DNA of 64,000 nt from Azolla caroliniana (taxonomy: Eukaryota; Plantae; Polypodiophyta): positions 62,001-126,000 of the forward strand of contig JBHGNT010000037.1 in NCBI GenBank assembly GCA_043228905.1, given 5' to 3'. Of the stretch, positions 13,301-28,200 are shown piece after piece. A program made the translations under genes and the position numbers. Under the pieces are notes generated by a model. The model did no database searches, was not told the origin of the DNA, and saw nothing but the letters and a program-made list of their open reading frames with translations. Position 1 is the stretch's first letter; each line of letters opens with the position of its first letter.

Positions 13301-15064
13301 AAGCTAACACGGATAGCTATGATATAGAATTAAAAAATCGAGATTTTGAAACTCAGGTCGAGAGACATGAAGAAATTAGCATATTTGAGGAGGGAGTTGA
13401 GAAGAGCGAGTGAGTAAATTAAAATGGTCATACCTGGCTCGTGTGATATCGGATTTCTGTGTTCAAACATGCGAATCGAAACTAACAAGGCTAGCTATGA
13501 TATAGAATTAAAAAATCGAGATTTTGAAACTCAGGTCGAGAGACATGAGGAAATTAGCATATTTGAGGAGGGAGTTGAGAAGAGCGTGTGAGTAAATTAA
13601 AATGGTCATACCTGGCTCGTGTGATATCGGATTTCTGTGTTCAAACATGCGAATCGAAACTAACAAGGCTAGCTATGATATAGACTTAAAAAATCGTGAT
13701 TTCGAAACTGACGTCGAAAGACATGAGGAAATTAGCATATTTGAGGAGGGAGTTGAGAAGAGCGAGTGAGTAAATTAAAATGGTCATACCTGGCTCGTGT
13801 GATATCGGATTTCTGTGTTCAAACATGCAAATCGAAGCTAACAAGGCTAGCTATGATATAGAATTAAAAAATCGAGATTTTGAAACTCAGGTCGAGAGAC
13901 ATGAAGAAATTAGCATATTTGAGGAGGGAGTTGAGAAGAGCGTGTGTGTAAATTAAAATGGTCATACCTGGCTCGTGTGATATCGGATTTCTGTGTTCAA
14001 ACATGCGAATCGAAGCTAACAAGGCTAGCTATGATATAGAATTAAAAAATCGAGATTTTGAAACTCACGTCGAAAGACATGAAGAAATTAGCATATTTGA
14101 GGAGGGAGTTGAGAAGAGCGTGTGAGTAAATTAAAATGGTCATACCTGGCTCGTGTGATATCGGATTTCTGTGTTAAAACATGCGAATCGAAACTAACAA
14201 GGCTAGCTATGATATAGACTTAAAAAATCGTGATTTCGAAACTGACGTCGAAAGACATGAGGAAATTAGCATGCTGGAGCAGGGAGTTGAGAAGAGCGAG
14301 TGAGTAAATTAAAATGGTCATACCTGGCTCGTGTGATATCGGATTTCTGTGTTCAAACATGCGAATCGAAACTAACAAGGCTAGCTATGATATAGAATTA
14401 AAAAATCGAGATTTCGAAACTCAGGTGAGAGACATGAGGAAGTTAGCATATTTGAGGAGGGAGTTGAGAAGAGCCAGTGAGTAAATTAAATTGGTCATAC
14501 CTGGCTCGTGTGATATCGGATTTCTGTGTTCAAACATGCAAATCGAAGCTAACACGGATAGCTATGATATAGAATTAAAAAATCGAGATTTTGAAACTCA
14601 GGTCGAGAGACATGAAGAAATTAGCATATTTGAGGAGGGAGTTGAGAAGAGCGAGTGAGTAAATTAAAATGGTCATACCTGGCTCGTGTGATATCGGATT
14701 TCTGTGTTCAAACATGCGAATCGAAACTAACAAGGCTAGCTATGATATAGAATTAAAAAATCGAGATTTTGAAACTCAGGTCGAGAGACATGAGGAAATT
14801 AGCATATTTGAGGAGGGAGTTGAGAAGAGTCAGTGAGTAAATTAAAATGGTCATACCTGGCTCGTGTGATATCGGATTTCTGTGTTCAAACATGCGAATC
14901 GAAACTAACAAGGCTAGCTATGATATAGACTTAAAAAATCGTGATTTCGAAACTGACGTCGAAAGACATGAGGAAATTAGCATATTTGAGGAGGGCGTTG
15001 AGAAGAGCGAGTGAGTAAATTAAAATGGTCATACCTGGCTCGTGTGATATCGGATTTCTGTGTT
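10318..15064. repeat. Copy 2 of the ~4.7 kb intra-array duplication
   Basis: Same markers at +9788. I saw only isolated differences (1754 g vs 11542 c; gcgGatc near 11873). Confidence 0.9.
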
Positions 15065-18000
15065 CAAACATGCAAATCGAAGCTAACAAGGCTAGCTATG
15101 ATATAGAATTAAAAAATCGAGATTTTGAAACTCAGGTCGAGAGACATGAAGAAATTAGCATATTTGAGGAGGGAGTTGAGAAGAGCGTGTGTGTAAATTA
15201 AAATGGTCATACCTGGCTCGTGTGATATCGGATTTCTGTGTTCAAACATGCGAATCGAAGCTAACAAGGCTAGCTATGATATAGAATTAAAAAATCGAGA
15301 TTTTGAAACTCACGTCGAAAGACATGAGGAAATTAGAATATTTGAGGAGGGAGTTGAGAAGAGCTAGTGAGTAAATTAAAATGTTCATACCTGGCTCGTG
15401 TGATATCGAATTTTTGTGTTCAAACATGCGAATCGAAGCTAACAACGCTAGCTATCATATAGAATTAAAAAATCGAAATTTTGAAACTCAGGTCGAGAGA
15501 CATGAGGAAATTAGCATATTTCAAGAAGGAGTTGAGAAGAGCCAGTCAGTAAATTAAAATGTTCAGACCTGGCTCGTGTGATATCGGATTTCTGTGTTCA
15601 AACATGCAAATCGAAGCTAACACGGCTAGCTATGATATAGAATTAAAAAATCGAGATTTTGAAACTCAGGTCGAGAGACATGAAGAAATTAGCATATTTG
15701 AGGAGGGAGTTGAGAAGAGCTAGTGAGTAAATTAAAATGTTCAGACCTGGCACGTGTGATATCGGATTTTTGTGTTCAAACATGCGAATCGAAGATAACA
15801 ACGCTAGCTATGATATAGAATTAAATAATCGAGATTTTGAAACTCAGGTCGAGAGACATGAAGAAATTACAATATTTGAGGAGGGAGTTGAGAAGAGCTA
15901 GTGAGTAAATTAAAATGTTCATACCTGGCTCGTGTGATATCGGATTTTTGTGTTAAAACATGCGAATCGAAGCTAACAACGCTAGCTATGATATAGAATT
16001 AAAAAATCGTGATTTTGAAACTCAGGTCGAGAGACATGAGGAAATTAGCATATTTGAGGAGGGAGTTGAGAAGAGCCAGTGAGTAAATTAAAATGGTCAT
16101 ACCTGGCTCGTGTGATATCGGATTTCTGTGTTCAAACATGCGAATCGAAGCTAACAAGGCTAGCTATGATATAGAATTAAAAAATCGAGATTTTGAAACT
16201 TAGGTCGAGAGACATGAAGAAATTAGCATATTTGAGGAGGGAGTTGAGAAGAGCGTGTGAGTAAATTAAAATGGTCATACCTGGCTCGTGTGATATCGGA
16301 TTTCGGTGTTAAAACATGCGAATCGAAACTAACAAGGCTAGCTATGATATAGACTTAAAAAATCGTGATTTCGAAACTGACGTCGAAAGACATGAGGAAA
16401 TTAGCATGCTGGAGGAGGGAGTTGAGAAGAGCGAGTGAGTAAATTAAAATGGTCATACCTGGCTCGTGTGATATCGGATTTCTGTGTTCAAACATGCGAA
16501 TCGAAACTAACAAGGCTAGCTATGATATAAAATTAAAAAATTGAGATTTTGAAACTCAGGTCGAGAGACATGAGGAAATTAGCGTATTTCAAGAAGGAGT
16601 TGAGAAGAGCCAGTCAGTAAATTAAAATGTTCATACCTGGGACGTCTGATATCGGATTTTTGTGTTCAAACATGCGAATCGAAGCTAACATGCCTAGCTA
16701 TGATATAGAATTAAAAATTCGTGATTTTGAAACTCAGGTCGAGAGAATTGAGGAAATTAGCATATTTGAGGAGGGAGTTGAGAAGAGCCAGTGAGTAAAT
16801 TAAAATGGTCATACCTGGCTCGTGTGATATCGGATTTCTGTGTTCAAACATGCGAATCGAAACTAACAAGGCTAGCTATGATATAGACTTAAAAAATCGT
16901 GATTTCGAAACTGACGTCGAAAGACATGAGGAAATTAGCATGCTGGAGGAGGGAGTTGAGAAGAGCGAGTGAGTAAATTAAAATGGTCATACCTGGCTCG
17001 TGTGATATCGGATTTCTGTGTTCAAACATGCAAATCGAAGCTAACAAGGCTAGCTATGATATAGACTTAAAAAATCGTGATTTCGAAACTGACGTCGAAA
17101 GACATGAAGAAATTAGCATGCTGGAGGAGGGAGTTGAGAAGAGCGTGTGAGTAAATTAAAATGGTCATACCTGGCTCGTGTGATATCGGATTTCTGTGTT
17201 CAAACATGCGAATCGAAACTAACAAGGCTAGCTATGATATAGAATTAAAAAATCGAGATTTTGAAACTCAGGTCGAGAGACATGAAGAAATTAGCATATT
17301 TGAGGAGGGAGTTGAGAAGAGCGTGTGTGTAAATTAAAATGGTCATACCTGGCTCGTGTGATATCGGATATCTGTGTTCAAACATGCGAATCGAAACTAA
17401 CAAGCCTAGCTATGATATAGAATTAAAAATTCGTGATTTTGAAACTCAGGTCGAAAGACATGAGGAAATTAGCATGCTGGAGGAGGGAGTTGAGAAGAGC
17501 GAGTGAGTAAATTAAAATGGTCATACCTGGCTCGTGTGATATCGGATTTCTGTGTTCAAACATGCAAATCGAAGCTAACAAGGCTAGCTATGATATAGAA
17601 TTAAAAAATCGAGATTTTGAAACTTAGGTGAGAGACATGAGGAAATTAGCATGCTGGAGGAGGGAGTTGAGAAGAGCGAGTGAGTAAATTAAAATGGTCA
17701 TACCTGGCTCGTGTGATATCGGATTTCTGTGTTCAAACATGCAAATCGAAGCTAACAAGGCTAGCTCTGATATAGAATTAAAAAATCGAGATTTTGAAAC
17801 TCAAGTCGAGAGACATGAGGAAATTAGCATATTTGAGGAGGGAGTTGAGAAGAGCGTGTGAGTAAATTAAAATGGTCATACCTGGCTCGTGTGATATCGG
17901 ATTTCTGTGTTCAAACATGCAAATCGAAGCTAACAAGGCTAGCTATGATATAGAATTAAAAAATCGAGATTTTGAAACTCAGGTCGAGAGACATGAGGAA

Positions 18001-21000
18001 ATTAGCATATTTGAGGAGGGAGTTGAGAAGAGTCAGTGAGTAAATTAAAATGGTCATACCTGGCTCGTGTGATATCGGATTTCTTTGTTCAAACATGCAA
18101 ATCGAAGCTAACAAGGCTAGCTATGATATAGAATTAAAAAATCGAGATTTTGAAACTCAGGTCGAGAGACATGAAGAAATTAGCATATTTGAGGAGGGAG
18201 TTGAGAAGAGCGTGTGTGTAAATTAAAATGGTCATACCTGGCTCGTGTGATATCGGATTTCTGTGTTCAAACATGCGAATCGAAGCTAACAAGGCTAGCT
18301 ATGATATAGAATTAAAAAATCGAGATTCTGAAACTCACGTCGAAAGACATGAGGAAATTAGAATATTTGAGGAGGGAGTTGAGAAGAGCTAGTGCGTAAA
18401 TTAAAATGTTCATACCTGGCTCGTGTGATATCGAATTTTTGTGTTCAAACATGCGAATCGAAGCTAACAACGCTAGCTATCATATAGAATTAAAAAATCG
18501 AAATTTTGAAACTCAGGTCGAGAGACATGAGGAAATTAGCATATTTCAAGAAGGAGTTGAGAAGAGCCAGTCAGTAAATTAAAATGTTCAGACCTGGCTC
18601 GTGTGATATCGGATTTCTGTGTTCAAACATGCAAATCGAAGCTAACACGGCTAGCTATGATATAGAATTAAAAAATCGAGATTTTGAAACTCAGGTCGAG
18701 AGACATGAAGAAATTACAATATTTGAGGAGGGAGTTGAGAAGAGCGAGTGAGTAAATTAAAATGGTCATACCTGGCTCGTGTGATATCGGATTTCTGTGT
18801 TCAAACATGCGAATCGAAACTAACAAGGCTAGCTATGATATAGAATTAAAAAATCGAGATTTTGAAACTCAGGTCGAGAGACATGAGGAAATTAGCATAT
18901 TTGAGGAGGGAGTTGAGAAGAGTCAGTGAGTAAATTAAAATGGTCATACCTGGCTCGTGTGATATCGGATTTCTGTGTTCAAACATGCGAATCGAAACTA
19001 ACAAGGCTAGCTATGATATAGACTTAAAAAATCGTGATTTCGAAACTGACGTCGAAAGACATGAGGAAATTAGCATATTTGAGGAGGGAGTTGAGAAGAG
19101 CGAGTGAGTAAATTAAAATGGTCATACCTGGCTCGTGTGATATCGGATTTCTGTGTTCAAACATGCAAATCGAAGCTAACAAGGCTAGCTATGATATAGA
19201 ATTAAAAAATCGAGATTTTGAAACTCAGGTCGAGAGACATGAAGAAATTAGCATATTTGAGGAGGGAGTTGAGAAGAGCGTGTGTGTAAATTAAAATGGT
19301 CATACCTGGCTCGTGTGATATCGGATTTCTGTGTTCAAACATGCGAATCGAAGCTAACAAGGCTAGCTATGATATAGAATTAAAAAATCGAGATTTTGAA
19401 ACTTAGGTCGAGAGACATGAAGAAATTAGCATATTTGAGGAGGGAGTTGAGAAGAGCGTGTGAGTAAATTAAAATGGTCATACCTGGCTCGTGTGATATC
19501 GGATTTCTGTGTTAAAACATGCGAATCGAAACTAACAAGGCTAGCTATGATATAGACTTAAAAAATCGTGATTTCGAAACTGACGTCGAAAGACATGAGG
19601 AAATTAGCATGCTGGAGGAGGGAGTTGAGAAGAGCGAGTGAGTAAATTAAAATGGTCATACCTGGCTCGTGTGATATCGGATTTCTGTGTTCAAACATGC
19701 GAATCGAAACTAACAAGGCTAGCTATGATATAGAATTAAAAAATCGAGATTTCGAAACTCAGGTGAGAGACATGAGGAAATTAGCATATTTGAGGAGGGA
19801 GTTGAGAAGAGCCAGTGAGTAAATTAAATTGGTCATACCTGGCTCGTGTGATATCGGATTTCTGTGTTCAAACATGCAAATCGAAGCTAACACGGATAGC
19901 TATGATATAGAATTAAAAAATCGAGATTTTGAAACTCAGGTCGAGAGACATGAAGAAATTAGCATATTTGAGGAGGGAGTTGAGAAGAGCGAGTGAGTAA
20001 ATTAAAATGGTCATACCTGGCTCGTGTGATATCGGATTTCTGTGTTCAAACATGCGAATCGAAACTAACAAGGCTAGCTATGATATAGAATTAAAAAATC
20101 GAGATTTTGAAACTCAGGTCGAGAGACATGAGGAAATTAGCATATTTGAGGAGGGAGTTGAGAAGAGTCAGTGAGTAAATTAAAATGGTCATACCTGGCT
20201 CGTGTGATATCGGATTTCTGTGTTCAAACATGCGAATCGAAACTAACAAGGCTAGCTATGATATAGACTTAAAAAATCGTGATTTCGAAACTGACGTCGA
20301 AAGACATGAGGAAATTAGCATATTTGAGGAGGGCGTTGAGAAGAGCGAGTGAGTAAATTAAAATGGTCATACCTGGCTCGTGTGATATCGGATTTCTGTG
20401 TTCAAACATGCAAATCGAAGCTAACAAGGCTAGCTATGATATAGAATTAAAAAATCGAGATTTTGAAACTCAGGTCGAGAGACATGAAGAAATTAGCATA
20501 TTTGAGGAGGGAGTTGAGAAGAGCGTGTGTGTAAATTAAAATGGTCATACCTGGCTCGTGTGATATCGGATTTCTGTGTTCAAACATGCGAATCGAAGCT
20601 AACAAGGCTAGCTATGATATAGAATTAAAAAATCGAGATTTTGAAACTCACGTCGAAAGACATGAGGAAATTAGAATATTTGAGGAGGGAGTTGAGAAGA
20701 GCTAGTGAGTAAATTAAAATGTTCATACCTGGCTCGTGTGATATCGAATTTTTGTGTTCAAACATGCGAATCGAAGCTAACAACGCTAGCTATCATATAG
20801 AATTAAAAAATCGAAATTTTGAAACTCAGGTCGAGAGACATGAGGAAATTAGCATATTTCAAGAAGGAGTTGAGAAGAGCCAGTCAGTAAATTAAAATGT
20901 TCAGACCTGGCTCGTGTGATATCGGATTTCTGTGTTCAAACATGCAAATCGAAGCTAACACGGCTAGCTATGATATAGAATTAAAAAATCGAGATTTTGA

Positions 21001-21290
21001 AACTCAGGTCGAGAGACATGAAGAAATTAGCATATTTGAGGAGGGAGTTGAGAAGAGCTAGTGAGTAAATTAAAATGTTCAGACCTGGCACGTGTGATAT
21101 CGGATTTTTGTGTTCAAACATGCGAATCGAAGATAACAACGCTAGCTATGATATAGAATTAAATAATCGAGATTTTGAAACTCAGGTCGAGAGACATGAA
21201 GAAATTACAATATTTGAGGAGGGAGTTGAGAAGAGCTAGTGAGTAAATTAAAATGTTCATACCTGGCTCGTGTGATATCGGATTTTTGTG

Positions 21291-24193
21291 TTAAAACATG
21301 CGAATCGAAGCTAACAACGCTAGCTATGATATAGAATTAAAAAATCGTGATTTCGAAACTCAGGTCGAAAGACATGAGGAAATTAGCATGCTGGAGGAGG
21401 GAGTTGAGAAGAGCGAGTGAGTAAATTAAAATGGTCATACCTGGCTCGTGTGATATCGGATTTCTGTGTTCAAACATGCGAATCGAAACTAACAAGGCTA
21501 GCTATGATATAGAATTAAAAAATCGAGATTTTGAAACTGACGTCGAAAGACATGAGGAAATTAGCATATTTGAGGAGGGAGTTGAGAAGAGCGAGTGAGT
21601 AAATTAAAATGGTCATACCTGGCTCGTGTGATATCGGATTTCTGTGTTCAAACATGCAAATCGAAGCTAACAAGGCTAGCTATGATATAGAATTAAAAAA
21701 TCGAGATTTTGAAACTCAGGTCAAGAGACATGAAGAAATTAGCATATTTGAGGAGGGAGTTGAGAAGAGCGTGTGAGTAAATTAAAATGGTCATACCTGG
21801 CTCGTGTGATATCGGATTTCTGTGTTCAAACATGCAAATCGAAGCTAACAAGGCTAGTTATGATATAGTATTAAAAAATCAAGATTTTGAAACTCAGGTC
21901 GAGAGACATGCGGAAATTAGCATATTTGAGGAGGGAGTTGAGAAGAGCCAGTGAGTAAATTAAAATGGTCATACCTGGCTCGTGTGATATCGGATTTCTG
22001 TGTTCAAACATGCAAATCGAAGCTAACAAGGCTAGCTATGATATAGAATTAAAAAATCGAGATTTTGAAACTGACGTCGAAAGACATGAGGAAATTAGCA
22101 TGTTGGAGGAGGGAGTTGAGAAGAGCGAGTGAGTAAATTAAAATGGTCATACCTGGCTCGTGTGATATCGGATTTCTGTGTTCAAACATGCGAATCGAAG
22201 CTAACAAGGCTAGCTATGACATAGAATTAAAAAATCGAGATTTTGAAACTCAGGTCGAGAGACATGAGGAAATTAGCATATTTGAGGAGGGAGTTGAGAA
22301 GAGCGAGTGAGTAAATTAAACTGGTCAAACCTGGCACGTGTGATATCCGATTTCTCTGTTCAAACATGCGAATCGAAGCTAACAACGCTAGCTTTGATAT
22401 AGAATTTAGAAATCAAGATTTTGAAACTCACGTCGAAAGACATGAGGAAATTAGAATATTTGAGGAGGGAGTTGAGAAGAGCTAGTGAGTAAATTAAAAT
22501 GTTCATACCTGGCTCGTGTGATATCGGATTTTTGTGTTCAAACATGCGAATCGAAGCTAACAACGCTAGCTATCATATAGAATTAAAAAATCGAAATTTT
22601 GAAACTCAGGTCGAGAGACATGAGGAAATTAGCATATTTCAAGAAGGAGTTGAGAAGAGCCAGTCAGTAAATTAAAATGTTCAAACCTGGCACGTGTGAT
22701 ATCGGATTTTTGTGTTCAAACATGCGAATCGAAGATAACAACGCTAGCTATGATATAGAATTAAATAATCGAGATTTTGAAACTCAGGTCGAGAGACATG
22801 AAGAAATTACAATATTTGAGGAGGGAGTTGAGAAGAGCTAGTGAGTAAATTAAAATGTTCATACCTGGCTCGTGTGATATCGGATTTTTGTGTTCAAACA
22901 TGCGAATCGAAGCTAACAACGCTAGCTATGATATAGAATTAAAAAATTGAGATTTTGAAACTCAGGTCGAGAGACATGAGGAAATTAGCGTATTTCAAGA
23001 AGGAGTTGAGAAGAGCCAGTCAGTAAATTAAAATGTTCATACCTGGGACGTCTGATATCGGATTTTTGTGTTCAAACATGCGAATCGAAGATAACAACGC
23101 TAGCTATGATATAGAATTAAATAATCGAGATTTTAAAACTCAGGTCGAGAGACATGAAGAAATTACAATATTTGAGGAGGGAGTTGAGAAGAGCTAGTGA
23201 GTAAATTAAAATGTTCATACCTGGCTCGTGTGATATCGGATTTCTGTGTTCAAACATGCGAATCGAAGCTAACAACGCTAGCTATGATATAGAATTAAAA
23301 AATCAAGATTTTGAAACTGACGTCGAAAGACATGAGGAAATTAGCATGTTGGAGGAGGGAGTTGAGAAGAGCGAGTGAGTAAATTAAAATGGTCATACCT
23401 GGCTCGTGTGATATCGGATTTCTGTGTTCAAACATGCGAATCGAAACTAACAAGGCTAGCTATGATATAGAATTAAAAAATCAAGATTTTGAAACTCAGG
23501 TCGAGAGACATGCCGAAATTAGCATATTTGAGGAGGGAGTTGAGAAGAGCCAGTGAGTAAATTAAAATGGTCATACCTGGCTCGTGTGATATCGGATTTC
23601 TGTGTTCAAACATGCAAATCGAAGCTAACAAGGCTAGTTATGATATAGAATTAAAAAATCAAGATTTTGAAACTGACGTCGAAAGACATGAGGAAATTAC
23701 AATATTTGAGGAGGGAGTTGAGAAGAGCTAGTGAGTAAATTAAAATGTTCATACCTGGCTCGTGTGATATCGGATTTTTGTGTTCAAACATGCGAATCGA
23801 AGCTAACAACGCTAGCTATCATATAGAATTAAAAAATCGAGATTTTGAAACTCAGGTCGAGAGACATGAGGAAATTAGCATATTTCAAGAAGGAGTTGAG
23901 AAGAGCCAGTCAGTAAATTAAAATGTTCAGACCTGGCACGTGTGGTATCGGATTTTTGTGTTCAAACATGCGAATCGAAGATAACAACGCTAGCTATGAT
24001 ATAGAATTAAATAATCGAGATTTTGAAACTCAGGTCGAGAGACATGAAGAAATTACAATATTTGAGGAGGGAGTTGAGAAGAGCTAGTGAGTAAATTAAA
24101 ATGTTCATACCTGGCTCGTGTGATATCGGATTTTTGTGTTCAAACATGCGAATCGAAGCTAACAACGCTAGCTATGATATAGAATTAAAAAAT
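21291..24193. repeat. Copy 2 of the ~2.9 kb intra-array duplication
   Basis: Same diagnostic variants as 5275-8177, at +16016. Confidence 0.88.
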
Positions 24194-25079
24194 CGAGATT
24201 TTGAAACTCAGGTCGAGCGACATGAGGAAATTAGAATATTTGAGGAGGGAGTTGAGAAGAGCTAGTGAGTAAATTAAAATGTTCATACCTGGCACGTGTG
24301 ATATCGGATTTTTGTGTTCAAACATGCGAATCGAAGATAACAACGCTAGCTATGATATAGAATTAAATAATCGAGATTTTAAAACTCAGGTCGAGAGACA
24401 TGAAGAAATTACAATATTTGAGGAGGGAGTTGAGAAGAGCTAGTGAGTAAATTAAAATGTTCATACCTGGCTCGTGTGATATCGGATTTTTGTGTTCAAA
24501 CATGCGAATCGAATTTAACAAGGCTAGCTATGACATAGAATTAAAAAATTGAGATTTTGAAACTGACGTCGAAAGACATGAGGAAATTAGCATGTTGGAG
24601 GAAGGAGTTGAGAAGAGCGAGTGAGTAAATTAAAATGGTCATACCTGGCTCGTGTGATATCGGATTTTTGTGTTCAAACATGCGAATCGAAGCTAACAAG
24701 GCTAGCTATGACATAGAATTAAAAAATCGAGATTTTGAAACTCAGGTCGAGAGACATGAGGAAATTAGCATATTTGAGGAGGGAGTTGAGAAGAGCGAGT
24801 GAGTAAATTAAACTGGTCAAACCTGGCACGTGTGATATCCGATTTCTCTGTTCAAACATGCGAATCGAAGCTAACAACGCTAGCTTTGATATAGAATTTA
24901 AAAATCAAGATTTTGAAACTCACGTCGAAAGACATGAGGAAATTAGAATATTTGAGGAGGGAGTTGAGAAGAGCTAGTGAGTAAATTAAAATGTTCATAC
25001 CTGGCTCGTGTGATATCGGATTTTTGTGTTCAAACATGCGAATCGAAGCTAACAACGCTAGCTATCATATAGAATTAAA

Positions 25080-28000
25080 AAATCGAGATTTTGAAACTCA
25101 GGTCGAGAGACATGAGGAAATTAGCGTATTTCAAGAAGGAGTTGAGAAGAGCCAGTCAGTAAATTAAAATGTTCATACCTGGGACGTCTGATATCGGATT
25201 TTTGTGTTCGAACATGCGAATCGAAGATAACAACGCTAGCTATGATATAGAATTAAATAATCGAGATTTTAAAACTCAGGTCGAGAGACATGAAGAAATT
25301 ACAATATTTGAGGAGGGAGTTGAGAAGAGCTAGTGAGTAAATTAAAATGTTCATACCTGGCTCGTGTGATATCGGATTTCTGTGTTCAAACATGCGAATC
25401 GAAGCTAACAAGGCTAGCTATGACATAGAATTAAAAAATCAAGATTTTGAAACTGACGTCGAAAGACATGACGAAATTAGCATGTTGGAGGAGGGAGTTG
25501 AGAAGAGCGAGTGAGTAAATTAAAATGGTCATACCTGGCTGGTGTGATATCGGATTTCTGTGTTCAAACATGCGAATCGAAACTAACAAGGCTAGCTATG
25601 ATATAGAATTAAAAAATCAAGATTTTGAAACTCAGGTCGAGAGACATGCCGAAATTAGCATATTTGAGGAGGGAGTTGAGAAGAGCCAGTGAGTAAATTA
25701 AAATGGTCATACCTGGCTCGTGTGATATCGGATTTCTGTGTTCAAACATGCAAATCGAAGCTAACAAGGCTAGCTATGATATAGAATTAAAAAATCAAGA
25801 TTTTGAAACTGACGTCGAAAGACATGAGGAAATTACAATATTTGAGGAGGGAGTTGAGAAGAGCTAGTGAGTAAATTAAAATGTTCATACCTGGCTCGTG
25901 TGATATCGGATTTTTGTGTTCAAACATGCGAATCGAAGCTAACGACGCTAGCTATCATATAGAATTAAAAAATCGAGATTTTGAAACTCAGGTCGAGAGA
26001 CATGAGGAAATTAGCGTATTTCAAGAAGGAGTTGAGAAGAGCCAGTCAGTAAATTAAAATGTTCATACCTGGGACGTCTGATATCGGATTTTTGTGTTCA
26101 AACATGCGAATCGAAGCTAACAACGCTAGCTATCATATAGAATTAAAAAATCGAGATTTTGAAACTCAGGTCGAGAGACATGAGGAAATTAGCGTATTTC
26201 AAGAAGGAGTTGAGAAGAGCCAGTCAGTAAATTAAAATGTTCATACCTGGGACGTCTGATATCGGATTTTTGTGTTCGAACATGCGAATCGAAGATAACA
26301 ACGCTAGCTATGATATAGAATTAAATAATCGAGATTTTAAAACTCAGGTCGAGAGACATGAAGAAATTACAATATTTGAGGAGGGAGTTGAGAAGAGCTA
26401 GTGAGTAAATTAAAATGTTCATACCTGGCTCGTGTGATATCGGATTTCTGTGTTCAAACATGCGAATCGAAGCTAACAAGGCTAGCTATGACATAGAATT
26501 AAAAAATCAAGATTTTGAAACTGACGTCGAAAGACATGACGAAATTAGCATGTTGGAGGAGGGAGTTGAGAAGAGCGAGTGAGTAAATTAAAATGGTCAT
26601 ACCTGGCTGGTGTGATATCGGATTTCTGTGTTCAAACATGCGAATCGAAACTAACAAGGCTAGCTATGATATAGAATTAAAAAATCAAGATTTTGAAACT
26701 CAGGTCGAGAGACATGCCGAAATTAGCATATTTGAGGAGGGAGTTGAGAAGAGCCAGTGAGTAAATTAAAATGGTCATACCTGGCTCGTGTGATATCGGA
26801 TTTCTGTGTTCAAACATGCAAATCGAAGCTAACAAGGCTAGCTATGATATAGAATTAAAAAATCAAGATTTTGAAACTGACGTCGAAAGACATGAGGAAA
26901 TTACAATATTTGAGGAGGGAGTTGAGAAGAGCTAGTGAGTAAATTAAAATGTTCATACCTGGCTCGTGTGATATCGGATTTTTGTGTTCAAACATGCGAA
27001 TCGAAGCTAACGACGCTAGCTATCATATAGAATTAAAAAATCGAGATTTTGAAACTCAGGTCGAGAGACATGAGGAAATTAGCGTATTTCAAGAAGGAGT
27101 TGAGAAGAGCCAGTCAGTAAATTAAAATGTTCATACCTGGGACGTCTGATATCGGATTTTTGTGTTCGAACATGCGAATCGAAGATAACAACGCTAGCTA
27201 TGATATAGAATTAAATAATCGAGATTTTAAAACTCAGGTCGAGAGACATGAAGAAATTACAATATTTGAGGAGGGAGTTGAGAAGAGCTAGTGAGTAAAT
27301 TAAAATGTTCATACCTGGCTCGTGTGATATCGGATTTCTGTGTTCAAACATGCGAATCGAAGCTAACAAGGCTAGCTATGACATAGAATTAAAAAATCAA
27401 GATTTTGAAACTGACGTCGAAAGACATGACGAAATTAGCATGTTGGAGGAGGGAGTTGAGAAGAGCGAGTGAGTAAATTAAAATGGTCATACCTGGCTGG
27501 TGTGATATCGGATTTCTGTGTTCAAACATGCGAATCGAAACTAACAAGGCTAGCTATGATATAGAATTAAAAAATCAAGATTTTGAAACTCAGGTCGAGA
27601 GACATGCCGAAATTAGCATATTTGAGGAGGGAGTTGAGAAGAGCCAGTGAGTAAATTAAAATGGTCATACCTGGCTCGTGTGATATCGGATTTCTGTGTT
27701 CAAACATGCAAATCGAAGCTAACAAGGCTAGCTATGATATAGAATTAAAAAATCAAGATTTTGAAACTGACGTCGAAAGACATGAGGAAATTACAATATT
27801 TGAGGAGGGAGTTGAGAAGAGCTAGTGAGTAAATTAAAATGTTCATACCTGGCTCGTGTGATATCGGATTTTTGTGTTCAAACATGCGAATCGAAGCTAA
27901 CAACGCTAGCTATCATATAGAATTAAAAAATCGAGATTTTGAAACTCAGGTCGAGAGACATGAGGAAATTAGCATATTTCAAGAAGGAGTTGAGAAGAGC

Positions 28001-28200
28001 CAGTCAGTAAATTAAAATGTTCAGACCTGGCACGTGTGATATTGGATTTTTGTGTTCAAACATGCGAATCGAAGATAACAACGCTAGCTATGATATAGAA
28101 TTAAATAATCGCGATTTTTAAACTCAGGTCCAGAGACATGAAGAAATTACAATATTTGAGGAGGGAGTTGAGAAGAGCTAGTGAGTAAATTAAAATGTTC
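25080..28200. repeat. Run of 5/6-mer variants of the 7-mer HOR (890/1068 bp)
   Basis: acgaaatt marker at 25471, 26539 (+1068) and 27429 (+890), each followed by ggctggtgtg and gccgaaatt monomers; aacgacg at 25941 and 27009. Confidence 0.85.
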
